Source: Bacilli bacterium (GTDB lineage Bacteria; Bacillota_I; Bacilli_A; RFN20; UBA1709). From it: 64,000 nt of DNA. The position numbers were made by a program, and so were the translations under genes. Of the stretch, positions 30,758-39,705 are shown in pieces (position 1 is the first letter of the stretch; every line of letters begins with the position of its first letter). The stretch is from assembly GCA_050949315.1 (NCBI GenBank), contig JBMNFL010000001.1, positions 826,413 through 890,412 on the forward strand. The letters run 5' to 3'. Below the pieces are notes generated by a model, which was given only the letters and a program-made list of their open reading frames with translations, was not told the origin of the DNA and ran no database searches.

Positions 30758-33700
30758 TCAAACCTCCTCGCTTTTTTCTATTATTTGAACAAACAGTTCG
30801 GCGATTTGCGGGTCGAACTGTGTTCCTGATCCATTCTTAATAACATCAAGAGCAGCCTGTTTGCGATCCTTTAAGGGAAAATCGCCTCTGTTAAGTACGC
30901 GGTCGTAGGTTTCAGTAACAGCAATGATCCTTGACAACAGAGGAATTTGCTCTCCCTTAAGCCCTCTCGGATATCCCTTTCCATCCCATCTTTCATGATG
31001 GCCATAAACGTATTCTGCCAGGTCGAGTGTGTCATCAAAAAGATTCAAAATTCGGTATCCAACCACAGAATGCTGCTGCATTTTTTCACGCTCATCAGCC
31101 GATAAAGTCTCCTTATTTAGGACAGCTTCATCCAGCACAATTTTACCGATATCGTGTAGATAACCCGCCCTGCTTAATTTGCTGACTTCAGTATCAGGGA
31201 GATGCAGAGCCGTGCCTAATTTTGAGCACAACTCACTTACATCAACCGAGTGCTGTTTTTCTTTTGGATTCCTCGTGTATAAAGTCTCAATAATCGTGCC
31301 AATAATTTCTTTATTGATGGACTTACGATTCATCGTTTTATCCATATACATGGCGTTTTCTGCGTTTGCCATGATCTCATCAAGCAGCTGGTCTGGGCTT
31401 CGTTTCGTATCAAGACCAAGAGCAATACTGCTCTTGATGGCCTTAACGCGGGCGTCGGCAAACCCGGATTTAATCCTGGCAAGAATTTTCTCAGCATTTT
31501 CTTTGGTTGTGTTGGGTAGAAGAATGATGAATTCGTCACCTCCGACGCGAGCGACTACATCATTCTGCCTGCAAACCTGCAGCAGTATTTCAGACGATTT
31601 TTTAATTAGCTCGTCGCCAGCTCTATGTCCAAATATATCATTGGTCATCTTCAAACCATTGATATCAGCAAAGATGACAGATAGCGGAAGATTGTCCGGA
31701 TTGTCAATTTTTGCTCGGTTGTCCTCAAAGCATTTTCTGTTGTGCAGCCCGGCCAAGGTATCGTAACAGTTCAGATACTGGATCTCAGCTTCTTTCTGTT
31801 TTCGTTCGCTTATATCCATAAAAGTTACAACAGCGCCGGTTATTTCACCGTTTTTATTCTGGGGATATGAATAATATTCCACGTCAAAAGAAGTACCGTC
31901 AGCACGCCAGAATACTTCATCCTCTACGTGGGAACCTTCCCCTTTGATAAATGCTTTGAAAATACTGCAGTCATCAATGGGGAAGGGGTTACCATCTCTG
32001 CGGGTGTGATGAATCTGCCGGTGCATATTCTTTCCTAGTAATTCTTCCTGATCACGATATCCCAGCATTTCAATACAGCTTTTATTACAGAAAGTGCAGT
32101 TGCCATTCAAGTCAATGCCGTAAATGGCCTCTGCGGCTGTATCCAATATCAACTGAAGTTCGTCTTTACTCTCCTCCAATTGAAAATTCGCAATATGAAG
32201 CTCCTGGGTACGTTTCTGCACGTTAAACTCCAGGTTTTCTATAAACGATTGCATTTTGTCGGCAACCTTATTAAAGCTGTTTGATATCTGGCCAATTTCG
32301 TCATTTCGGATAATATCAACTCTTTTAGACAGGTTGCCGGAAGATAATTCATCAGATACCTGCAACAGGTTTTTCATTGGCCTTTTGCTTTTCAAAAACT
32401 CGAGCGCGTCTTCTTCATTAAGCGGCTTGCTGAACAGATATCCCTGTATCCTATCACAGTTGTGTTCTTGCAAATACTGTAACTGGCATTCGTGTTCGAC
32501 CCCTTCAGCAATTGTGCAGTGCCCAAGCTTATGTGACATCGAAATAATATCGCTTGTTATTGCTTTACTCAGGTCTGCATCTAACAACTTATCAATAAAA
32601 TACTTGTCAATTTTTAAGCAGTCGACGCTCAGCTCTTTTTCTCTGGCTAGGGAGGAATAACCAGTTCCAAAGTCATCTATAGCTATGTGAAGTCCGGTTT
32701 CCCTCAGTTTCTCGATAATGCTATTAACGGCTTCATAATCGGAGGCAAAGACCGATTCGGTAATCTCAATGCCAATATTCCGGGGATTAACCTGCATCTC
32801 GCTCATTAATTCAAACAGCCTGCTTGTAAAATCAGGTTTTAATAGCTGAATAGCAGAAATATTGATTGAAACGCCGACTTCATCATATCCACTCGCATTA
32901 AGCTTATTAAGGAAATGAAACGCGTTGACAATCACTTTTTCACCAATCGGTATAATGAGCTTTGTCTCTTCGGCAATCGGTATAAATTCAACCGGTGACA
33001 CCAGTCCGTGTTTTTCTGTTTTTAACCGTGCTAGCGCTTCAAACCCACAAACAGCATTTGTCTGTAGCTCAACAATCGGTTGGTATTGCAAAAACAACTC
33101 ATCATTAGTGCTTTCAAGAACTACGCCCGTAAGTGCTTCCCGGATGTCTCTTTCGCGGTTTATCTCAGCCTCCAGTTCCTCATTATAAAAACAAGCCTCA
33201 AAGTCTTTTTGTGAAACAGCAATAGATCTTTCTGACGCAATCAAGAGCTTTCTTAAGAGTAAATCCACATCGATTTCATCAACGTCCTGCTCAATTTCGA
33301 ATATCCCAATCCCGCCGCCTATTCGTTCAGTTGCAAATAAGGCTTCTAATGCTTCTGCTATGATATCGCTAAATTCAACCAGGTCGTTCTTGTCTTTGTA
33401 ATCAACAAGATAGAAGACAAACCGATTTTCATAGGTTTGGAACAGTAAGCGGGTATCGGAGCAATGCTGACTCAGTGTTTCAGCAGCCATTTTTATAAGG
33501 TTCTGTGTATAGTGAAACCCATAATTAGCGGTTAATAACTCAACTGTACTCAAATTGATACTGATGACTGCTCTTTTTAATCCATCCTTTTTCTTGATAT
33601 CATTATTCAGAAGCGCATCCAAATAATCACGATTATACAAGCCTGTCCATTTGTCATGCTCATTTATGTATCTGAGATGGTTCTCCATCTCTTTTCTGTC

Positions 33701-35263
33701 TGAGATATCGAGGATTATTCCTTCCAGCGCTTCAACTTCACCCTCATCATTATATATTCCTTGTCCCATCTCAAGAACCCATTTTCTTTTGCCGCTTGCA
33801 GTGATAATCTCATACTCATATCTAAACGGCTGCCCTTTTTCAAGGATTCGCTTCAATTCGTTCCACAATGCTTCGCGGTATTCAGGGGAAATGAGATCAT
33901 TATACGATAGGTCTCTATTGTTTAACAAGCTTTCGGATTTGTATCCAGTCAGATCATAGCAACCTTTTGAAACGTACTGCATCGTCCAGTCATGATCATA
34001 TTTGCACTTGTAAGCCAAGCCCGGTAGGTGAGACATTAGAATAGATTCTCTCCGTTCGTTCTCCCTCAATGCAAACTCAAAAAGTTTGCGTGGCGTAATG
34101 TCACGGGAGGAGCCTTGAAATCCCACCGCATTACCATTATCATCGCGGATGAAAGAAATACTCAACTCCAGCCAGATAACGGTGCCGTCTGCTTTATAAT
34201 GTTCAACTTCGATCGTCCGCGACCTGTTTTTATCAATTTCGGGATCTTTTTCTTTTTCTAACTCTTCATAAAAAATCGATTGGATTTTATGCAACGTTTG
34301 TGCTGGAAATTTCTCTTCCATCTTCCTATTCATATGCTCTTCGATGGATTCTCCAAGGAGTTTTTCAACAGAGGGACTTACATACGTCGTTTTCAGGGTT
34401 AAATCCATCTGCCAGACAACGTCTGACATATTTTCTGTGATGCTTCGATATTTCTTTTCGCTTTCAATCAGCGCAGCCATAGCGGCTTTTTGGTTGGTAA
34501 TGTCCTGAATAAGACACATATGATTAAGCTTGTTTTCCGCTAAAGGAGCAATAGACGCAACGACCATATATACCCATGCAACCGATCCATCGGGTTTAAC
34601 ATATCGCTTCTCCATTGAATAGCTTTTAATTTCACCGGCCTGCAGTTTATTAAAATTTTCTATATCTTCATCCAGGTCGTCCGGATATGTAATCTTTGCC
34701 CAGCCTAAATTAATGAGCTCTTCTTTTGTTCTGCCTGTAATTTGTTCATATGCAGAGTTTATTTTTATAATATCCTTGTCAGAGTGTTTAGGATCACGGC
34801 TGTGAGAAATTGCTATGCCAATAGGGGCCTCTTCAAAAAGCCTATCAAAGGCAAGAGTGTGTTCGTCAATTTTCTGCGATAGTGCTTGCTGAGCTCGCAT
34901 CAGTGCTACATGAACATTGATCCTGGCTTTCAATGAATCCATATGAAGTGGCTTTCGGATATAGTCTACGGCACCAAGCTTTAAGCCCTTGATTTCATTA
35001 TCCAATTCATCATAATTAGTCAATATTATGGTGCGCAGCTTCCGAAACCGCTCATCCCGATTCAATGATTCGAGAACCTGAAAACCATTCATATTAGGCA
35101 TATTGAGATCGAGTATGAGCAAGTTGATTTCATCATTCTCCGCAAGTACACGCAAAGCCTCTATACCGTCGCAAACAGTCAACACGGTATACTCACTGAG
35201 CATGTTTTTGATGATCAATCTGTCCGACGCCGAGTCGTCAGCTACTAAAATTTTAATTAGCAT
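30758..35263 (-). CDS. Giant multidomain c-di-GMP signalling protein: REC - 3xPAS - degenerate GGDEF - EAL - HAMP-like - PAS - GGDEF - HD-GYP
   Basis: Domain-by-domain:
- N-terminal receiver (ILVADDSASDRLI...LILDLNMPNMNG);
- three PAS segments;
- a GGDEF fold with YENRF in place of GGDEF;
- EAL (QPIVEL...GFEALAR...DDFGTGYSS...QGYLFSKP);
- a linker, then a fourth PAS;
- an intact GGDEF (ARVGGDEFIILL);
- HD-GYP (HDIGKI...HHERWDGKGYP).
ATG 35263 has an AAGGAGG RBS. The listed ORF start 35290 adds 9 unsupported codons. Confidence 0.8.
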   Translation of the reverse strand: MLIKILVADDSASDRLIIKNMLSEYTVLTVCDGIEALRVLAENDEINLLILDLNMPNMNGFQVLESLNRDERFRKLRTIILTNYDELDNEIKGLKLGAVDYIRKPLHMDSLKARINVHVALMRAQQALSQKIDEHTLAFDRLFEEAPIGIAISHSRDPKHSDKDIIKINSAYEQITGRTKEELINLGWAKITYPDDLDEDIENFNKLQAGEIKSYSMEKRYVKPDGSVAWVYMVVASIAPLAENKLNHMCLIQDITNQKAAMAALIESEKKYRSITENMSDVVWQMDLTLKTTYVSPSVEKLLGESIEEHMNRKMEEKFPAQTLHKIQSIFYEELEKEKDPEIDKNRSRTIEVEHYKADGTVIWLELSISFIRDDNGNAVGFQGSSRDITPRKLFEFALRENERRESILMSHLPGLAYKCKYDHDWTMQYVSKGCYDLTGYKSESLLNNRDLSYNDLISPEYREALWNELKRILEKGQPFRYEYEIITASGKRKWVLEMGQGIYNDEGEVEALEGIILDISDRKEMENHLRYINEHDKWTGLYNRDYLDALLNNDIKKKDGLKRAVISINLSTVELLTANYGFHYTQNLIKMAAETLSQHCSDTRLLFQTYENRFVFYLVDYKDKNDLVEFSDIIAEALEALFATERIGGGIGIFEIEQDVDEIDVDLLLRKLLIASERSIAVSQKDFEACFYNEELEAEINRERDIREALTGVVLESTNDELFLQYQPIVELQTNAVCGFEALARLKTEKHGLVSPVEFIPIAEETKLIIPIGEKVIVNAFHFLNKLNASGYDEVGVSINISAIQLLKPDFTSRLFELMSEMQVNPRNIGIEITESVFASDYEAVNSIIEKLRETGLHIAIDDFGTGYSSLAREKELSVDCLKIDKYFIDKLLDADLSKAITSDIISMSHKLGHCTIAEGVEHECQLQYLQEHNCDRIQGYLFSKPLNEEDALEFLKSKRPMKNLLQVSDELSSGNLSKRVDIIRNDEIGQISNSFNKVADKMQSFIENLEFNVQKRTQELHIANFQLEESKDELQLILDTAAEAIYGIDLNGNCTFCNKSCIEMLGYRDQEELLGKNMHRQIHHTRRDGNPFPIDDCSIFKAFIKGEGSHVEDEVFWRADGTSFDVEYYSYPQNKNGEITGAVVTFMDISERKQKEAEIQYLNCYDTLAGLHNRKCFEDNRAKIDNPDNLPLSVIFADINGLKMTNDIFGHRAGDELIKKSSEILLQVCRQNDVVARVGGDEFIILLPNTTKENAEKILARIKSGFADARVKAIKSSIALGLDTKRSPDQLLDEIMANAENAMYMDKTMNRKSINKEIIGTIIETLYTRNPKEKQHSVDVSELCSKLGTALHLPDTEVSKLSRAGYLHDIGKIVLDEAVLNKETLSADEREKMQQHSVVGYRILNLFDDTLDLAEYVYGHHERWDGKGYPRGLKGEQIPLLSRIIAVTETYDRVLNRGDFPLKDRKQAALDVIKNGSGTQFDPQIAELFVQIIEKSEEV

Positions 35264-35312
35264 TATGAATCCTCCTTCTTTAACCCACACCCACTCCAGG
35301 CTTTTTTTGACT

Positions 35313-35876
35313 TTATTTTAGTTCCTCAAGCAGTTTCCCAAGTAATTTAGAAAACCTGTCTTGTAATGGCACTATTTCATCTTCCTTTTCTTCATTAAAA
35401 GCTTTCTGTAATAACGCAGCTACAGCCTGCAGTGATTTAGCACCGATACTTCCGGAACTGCTCTTAACCTTATGTACGATTTGTGTAGCTTCAGTGTATC
35501 TTTTTTCACGTACTGCCGCTTCAAGCTTTTCCAAAGTATCTTGATTCTCGTTGCGGTATTCAATTAGCACCTGATTATACAATTCTTCGTTGCCGCCCAT
35601 ATTTTTAAAGCCTAGCTGCCGGTCAAGGACAGCTGTATCCGGTTCTATATTAGGTTCATTTTCAAGGATAATATCTTTTATGGTTTGAATAAAGTGATCG
35701 GGATTAATGGGCTTACTGATGTAATGAAATATTCCGCTTTGCTCGCACTTGTCCCGAACACCTAAAATCACATCCGCTGTCATTGCTATAATAGGGACTT
35801 GGCTTGAAATCGATCGGATATTCTCCGCCGCTTCATAGCCGTTCATGACAGGCATGTGCAAATCCATCAATATCAA
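35313..35876 (-). CDS. Truncated receiver (REC) domain fused to an Hpt phosphotransfer domain; likely N-terminally disrupted
   Basis: MILMDLHMPVMNG...IIAMTADV is the middle and C-terminal part of a receiver; it lacks the beta1 DD pocket. C-terminal Hpt motif HKVKSSSGSIGA. The REC reading frame is closed by a TGA upstream. Confidence 0.5.
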   Translation of the reverse strand: MILMDLHMPVMNGYEAAENIRSISSQVPIIAMTADVILGVRDKCEQSGIFHYISKPINPDHFIQTIKDIILENEPNIEPDTAVLDRQLGFKNMGGNEELYNQVLIEYRNENQDTLEKLEAAVREKRYTEATQIVHKVKSSSGSIGAKSLQAVAALLQKAFNEEKEDEIVPLQDRFSKLLGKLLEELK

Positions 35877-36061
35877 ATCGATGATGTCACGATGCTTCTG
35901 ATATAGCTCAACAGCTTCCTTTCCGTCGTTGGCAATATGAACCTGTTGACCTCATCGCGCTTCATTCGCATGATACGGTAGATGCCGAAATCAAGGTCAG
36001 ACTGGTCAAACTGAAACATCTCGCGGAGGATGCTCATTAATTTTTTCTGGTTATCAGTCAT
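35873..36061 (-). CDS. Short ORF (62 aa), apparently the N-terminal remnant of a disrupted gene; start overlaps the XRE gene stop (ATGA)
   Basis: MTDNQKKLMSILREMFQFDQSDLDFGIYRIM... runs 40 codons and then into the out-of-frame REC fragment. Confidence 0.35.
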   Translation of the reverse strand: MTDNQKKLMSILREMFQFDQSDLDFGIYRIMRMKRDEVNRFILPTTERKLLSYIRSIVTSSI

Positions 36062-36303
36062 TTTGTGGTACCTTCTTTCCCGCTGCCCGTGGCAGCGGCA
36101 TCATCGGGAATTGTTTCCATGATGTCTGTTATATCGCACTGAAGAACATCGCATATCTTTAACAGAACAGCGGTTGTAACATTCTCGTCTTTTCCGAGCT
36201 TCGCAAGTGAGGACGAGCTGATACCCGCTGCTTGTCGTAGCTCAGTTTTCTTCATGTTTCTGTCAATTAACAACTTCCACAGCTTCTTATAACTCATCTT
36301 CAT
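36058..36303 (-). CDS. XRE-family helix-turn-helix transcriptional regulator
   Basis: HTH_XRE signature (KTELRQAAGISSSSLAKLGKDENVTTAVLLKICDVLQC). Confidence 0.75.
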   Translation of the reverse strand: MKMSYKKLWKLLIDRNMKKTELRQAAGISSSSLAKLGKDENVTTAVLLKICDVLQCDITDIMETIPDDAAATGSGKEGTTK

Positions 36304-37945
36304 TGTCTGTCACCTCTTTATTCCATGATTCGCCGTACAGTTCGCAATTACCATCCGACAATTTCAAAACAGTATTACCCGTCAGAATGCGCTGCGTGTC
36401 TGGTTTATACGCAGCCTGTTTATCAAAGGCGATAAACACCTGTTTTGTACTTTGAACGTATATTTTCATAATGCCGTCGACAGCACCATCGCCGATGTTT
36501 TTCAAAATTAACGAATCGTGCGCTATGGCCGGTAGTGCAGTCAGGTTGAGTATTGCCAAGTCATAGATGACCATGCCTTTGTAATTCGAGCCTGTGCCGG
36601 TATCATCCGGCGTTTCAAACCTGTAACTGTTGTACTCGTTGAATGTGAGGCGCGGCGCTTTCCGCACGTCTGCAAAGAGCGAATCGTTATATTCCTTCAT
36701 TCTATCATTGATAGCACGTTCAATCTCATCAAGGATGCTTTCTATCGCGTGTTTCAACATTTCGTCAGCTTTTTTCTTTGCATCCTGCAGCTCGGTCAAT
36801 GTAAGGTACGCTTCATTCTGTGCTTTCAGCGCATCAATATGACCTTTAATTTCCGAATGCATATCCAAAAATTCTTTGGACAGGTTGCCGACAAAACCGA
36901 GCTGGTTGATTTCTGTCTGCACTGACTGGATTTGTTCCAGCAAAGCAGCAATCTCCAACTCGACCGATTGGCGCTCGCTTTTGAACTGTTCATCGAGTAT
37001 GGTCGCCAGCTTCTGATGGTATTTTTCTACTTCATACAGCTTCCGAATGTTCACATCAGGGAAAAACTCCTGTAAAGCAGATAAATCTGCTTCTGTCGGA
37101 TATAGACCATACGCGAGGCTAATATCCAGGAGGCTTACTCGGCGGCGTTTTGCCTGCAAATCGGTTTCGAGACGCAGCTTACTGCCCTGAAGCTGTGATT
37201 TTAAACGACTCTTTTCAATGTCTGCTTCGTTATGGCCTTCCACCTGTTCATCAGTCAGATTATCAAGCTGAACCTGCAGGCTGTGTATTTGCGCCAGATT
37301 TTCGTCATATTTTGTTTTGCCTCCAACGAGGTCAGGGACAAAGCGATACTTTCGGGCTTCTCGGAAAATCGACAGCCGCTTTTTCTGCTCCTCAAGATTG
37401 CCGTTGAAGGCTTCAATGTCCTTATATCTGTCAAACAGGCGGACAAGAATTTCGATGGATTTTTGCATTCCTTCTCCGGGCAAGCCCTTGAGAGGTTTGC
37501 GCTCATCGGTATTTTCTTTTCCGTATATCCTGAAGAAGCTGCTCATTGTCTCGCGGAAGGATAGCCCTGCGAAATCAATATGGTATTTTTCTTTCAACCA
37601 GTCGGCAAACTGCTGCTTCGTCCATACAACTCCTGTCAGCACATATCCCTCTGAGCATACATGAATATCGGTGGGCGATTCGGTACTGCGGGCAAAGTAG
37701 TACGGCGTTCCATCAAATTCAAATGTAAAGAAGATAGTGTGATTGCCAATGTGCTTCACACCATCACTGACAAGGTACGAGTTGCCACCAAAAGCAAAAT
37801 CAATGGCAAGCATGGCAGAGGATTTTCCGATTGAGTTTTCGCCATCCTCTTTTCCGAGAACGACGTTCAATCCCTCTTTGAAGCGGATTGGAGGTCGTTC
37901 TTTTCCTTTTTCCTTAAAGACCGGCGAGGTGATTTCTATAAGCAT
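36287..37945 (-). CDS. P-loop ATPase with long central coiled coil (ABC/SMC-like; LmuB/ABC-three-component ATPase-like)
   Basis: N-terminal Walker A (GKEDGENSIGKSS) in an SMC/RecF-type head. About 250 aa of heptad-rich coiled coil. C-terminal segment with acidic Walker-B-like hhhhD (MVIYDLAIL) and AHDS. RBS GAAAGGAGAGG. Confidence 0.65.
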   Translation of the reverse strand: MLIEITSPVFKEKGKERPPIRFKEGLNVVLGKEDGENSIGKSSAMLAIDFAFGGNSYLVSDGVKHIGNHTIFFTFEFDGTPYYFARSTESPTDIHVCSEGYVLTGVVWTKQQFADWLKEKYHIDFAGLSFRETMSSFFRIYGKENTDERKPLKGLPGEGMQKSIEILVRLFDRYKDIEAFNGNLEEQKKRLSIFREARKYRFVPDLVGGKTKYDENLAQIHSLQVQLDNLTDEQVEGHNEADIEKSRLKSQLQGSKLRLETDLQAKRRRVSLLDISLAYGLYPTEADLSALQEFFPDVNIRKLYEVEKYHQKLATILDEQFKSERQSVELEIAALLEQIQSVQTEINQLGFVGNLSKEFLDMHSEIKGHIDALKAQNEAYLTLTELQDAKKKADEMLKHAIESILDEIERAINDRMKEYNDSLFADVRKAPRLTFNEYNSYRFETPDDTGTGSNYKGMVIYDLAILNLTALPAIAHDSLILKNIGDGAVDGIMKIYVQSTKQVFIAFDKQAAYKPDTQRILTGNTVLKLSDGNCELYGESWNKEVTDNEDEL

Positions 37946-38112
37946 GAATATACCTCTCCTTTCTCATTGATGTCTATTGCGTTAAGCGCATATAGGCAGT
38001 CCATAACCGACAAAAAATCCGTTGCGTCGGAAAGCGAAGGCTTTATCCGAAGATAAAGGTCTTTCACTGCGATTGGATTATCTTGTACCTCTTTGAGCAC
38101 CGTTGGAATCAT
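37936..38112 (-). CDS. Small protein (58 aa) between the HNH-like and ATPase genes (possible middle component)
   Basis: ATG at 38112 (minus). The stop overlaps the ATPase start. No clear RBS, so the call is tentative. The longer listed 106-aa ORF overlaps the upstream gene. Confidence 0.3.
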   Translation of the reverse strand: MIPTVLKEVQDNPIAVKDLYLRIKPSLSDATDFLSVMDCLYALNAIDINEKGEVYSCL

Positions 38113-38143
38113 CGCCAAGGTGCTGTTTTTATATGAATACAGC

Positions 38144-39313
38144 TTATTCGGTAATTGCATCGAACACCTCACAGCTCTGCACGAAGTACGAAACCACAAT
38201 CTGGCAGAAAATTGCGTCCTGTAGCGTAACACGATGTATTTTATCTGCGATTTCATTGAAGATTTCGAGATGCGGTTTGTTTGCCTTTTTTAGTTTCTTA
38301 TACAATGCGTGAATCTGGTCTTGGATTTCATCGTAGTCAATTTCGCCGCTTTTATCCAGATTTATCATTATTTCTTTTATGCGTATGAAGTATGTGGTGA
38401 CGTAGTTGGTTACCGCATTGTAAAGCACCATGTCCTGAGACGGGCTAAGTTTCTGCTTGACTTCCTTTGGTTCAAAGGAAGCATCAGACAATTCCTTTTC
38501 CCCGAGTTTCCGTATTCTTTTGATTACGCCGACAATGCCCTTTTCCAAAGGCAGGTCATCAAGAAGACGGATGCTTTGTTTATGCGTAGACAACACCGTT
38601 TTTATTTCCTTTAGTTCAGCCATCAACTTCTTGCTGTCATCAAGGAGATATGTGGCATAGCACTGCGGGCACATTGCCATGAGGTTTTCGGGCGTAGTCG
38701 CTTTAGATTTATCTATCAAGCTAACTTCAAATGTATGAATGGCTTTTCCGTTTTTTGAAATAGTTAGCTGCCTCCCGCACCCCGGGAATGGACAGCACCC
38801 ATCTGTTTCTGCAAGTAAATAATCGCCGTACTTTTTCTTCAAATCGGATGCAAGAATCTGTTGCTGCTGTTTCTGGAGTTCATCCTGCGGAATCAGCCCA
38901 GCAGACTCCTGAATAATTTGTTCCAGCCATTCGGTGACTTTTTCTGCAACATTATCTGCATTTATGGTCGGTTCATAACCGACTAAATCCTCTGCAAATA
39001 AAGCCCTTGAAGCGGGGCTTCGCTTGCTTATGCTCCGTGTAAGTATTTTAGGTGTTAGATGATACACGATATTTCCCGCTAAATTCTTGGATAAACCTCG
39101 TTTTACATAGCTGCGAATGGTGTTATCGCTGAGTTTTGCGGAAGGGTCTTTACCCTTTGCCCAGTCAGCCTCAGATACAGTCGTAATCTTTGCCATTAAT
39201 TCGCGGAAAAAATACGGCACATCATCACCGTCGGCTAAATGCTTTTTCATAATTGGGAAAAGTGTTTTGAATTCCACGTCGGCTCGACACTCCTTTACTG
39301 AGATTTGCACCAC
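38144..39313 (-). CDS. HNH-nuclease-motif protein (putative effector of the ATPase-linked system)
   Basis: CCPFPGCGRQL...IHTFEV...ENLMAMCPQCY matches the CxxC...H...N...CxxC(H/Y) HNH zinc-finger layout. The rest is alpha-helical. GTG start is uncertain. Confidence 0.55.
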   Translation of the reverse strand: MVQISVKECRADVEFKTLFPIMKKHLADGDDVPYFFRELMAKITTVSEADWAKGKDPSAKLSDNTIRSYVKRGLSKNLAGNIVYHLTPKILTRSISKRSPASRALFAEDLVGYEPTINADNVAEKVTEWLEQIIQESAGLIPQDELQKQQQQILASDLKKKYGDYLLAETDGCCPFPGCGRQLTISKNGKAIHTFEVSLIDKSKATTPENLMAMCPQCYATYLLDDSKKLMAELKEIKTVLSTHKQSIRLLDDLPLEKGIVGVIKRIRKLGEKELSDASFEPKEVKQKLSPSQDMVLYNAVTNYVTTYFIRIKEIMINLDKSGEIDYDEIQDQIHALYKKLKKANKPHLEIFNEIADKIHRVTLQDAIFCQIVVSYFVQSCEVFDAITE

Positions 39314-39331
39314 GGTGCACTATGGTGCACC
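39314..39331. promoter_or_regulatory. Tandem GGTGCAC palindromes (GGTGCAC-tat-GGTGCAC) immediately upstream of the minus-strand operon start
   Basis: Two palindromic GTGCAC cores 10 bp apart. A related CACCATcaaATGGTG inverted repeat lies at 39500-39514. Confidence 0.4.
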
Positions 39332-39416
39332 AAACCATCCCCAGATTTCGAAGCCCCATTTTATATAATGAGAGCAGGTTAGGAACGGAAGGCGCTCCTG
39401 AGGAAACCCCAAATAT

Positions 39417-39445
39417 AGTATATCACACTTTTGTCCAAAAGTCAA
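39417..39445 (-). promoter_or_regulatory. sigma70 promoter on the minus strand (TTGACT-17-TATACT) for the HNH/ATPase/XRE operon
   Basis: Reverse complement of 39440-39445 is TTGACT and of 39417-39422 is TATACT. Exact 17-bp spacer. Confidence 0.6.
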
Positions 39446-39705
39446 ATATTATGTTTGAAAAAAGGATTAAATATTTCCTTGCGCATTCATTCCATAGCCC
39501 ACCATCAAATGGTGCGTTCCCTGATCTGGAACGGCTCAACGCTATGCGACGGTAGAACTTAATACACTCAGCTGACTATTGAGCAGGAAGCTGCATTCCG
39601 AAACGGAGCAATCTGTGAAGGACTGCGGTATGGTATCTTATTGCCATTTTTCAGCCAGCTGCTGCAGACCTCCGTTTCGAGACAACGAAAACGGAGGTCA
39701 TTTTA

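Noticed and set aside
31179-33959. Several 87-195-aa plus-strand ORFs
   Set aside because: All lie inside and antisense to the 1,502-aa signalling-protein gene. Ser/Leu/Ile-rich low-complexity translations.
37936-38256. Full 106-aa listed ORF
   Set aside because: Its 5' half overlaps the 3' end of the HNH-like gene in another frame. Only the distal 58 codons from the internal ATG were kept as a tentative small gene.
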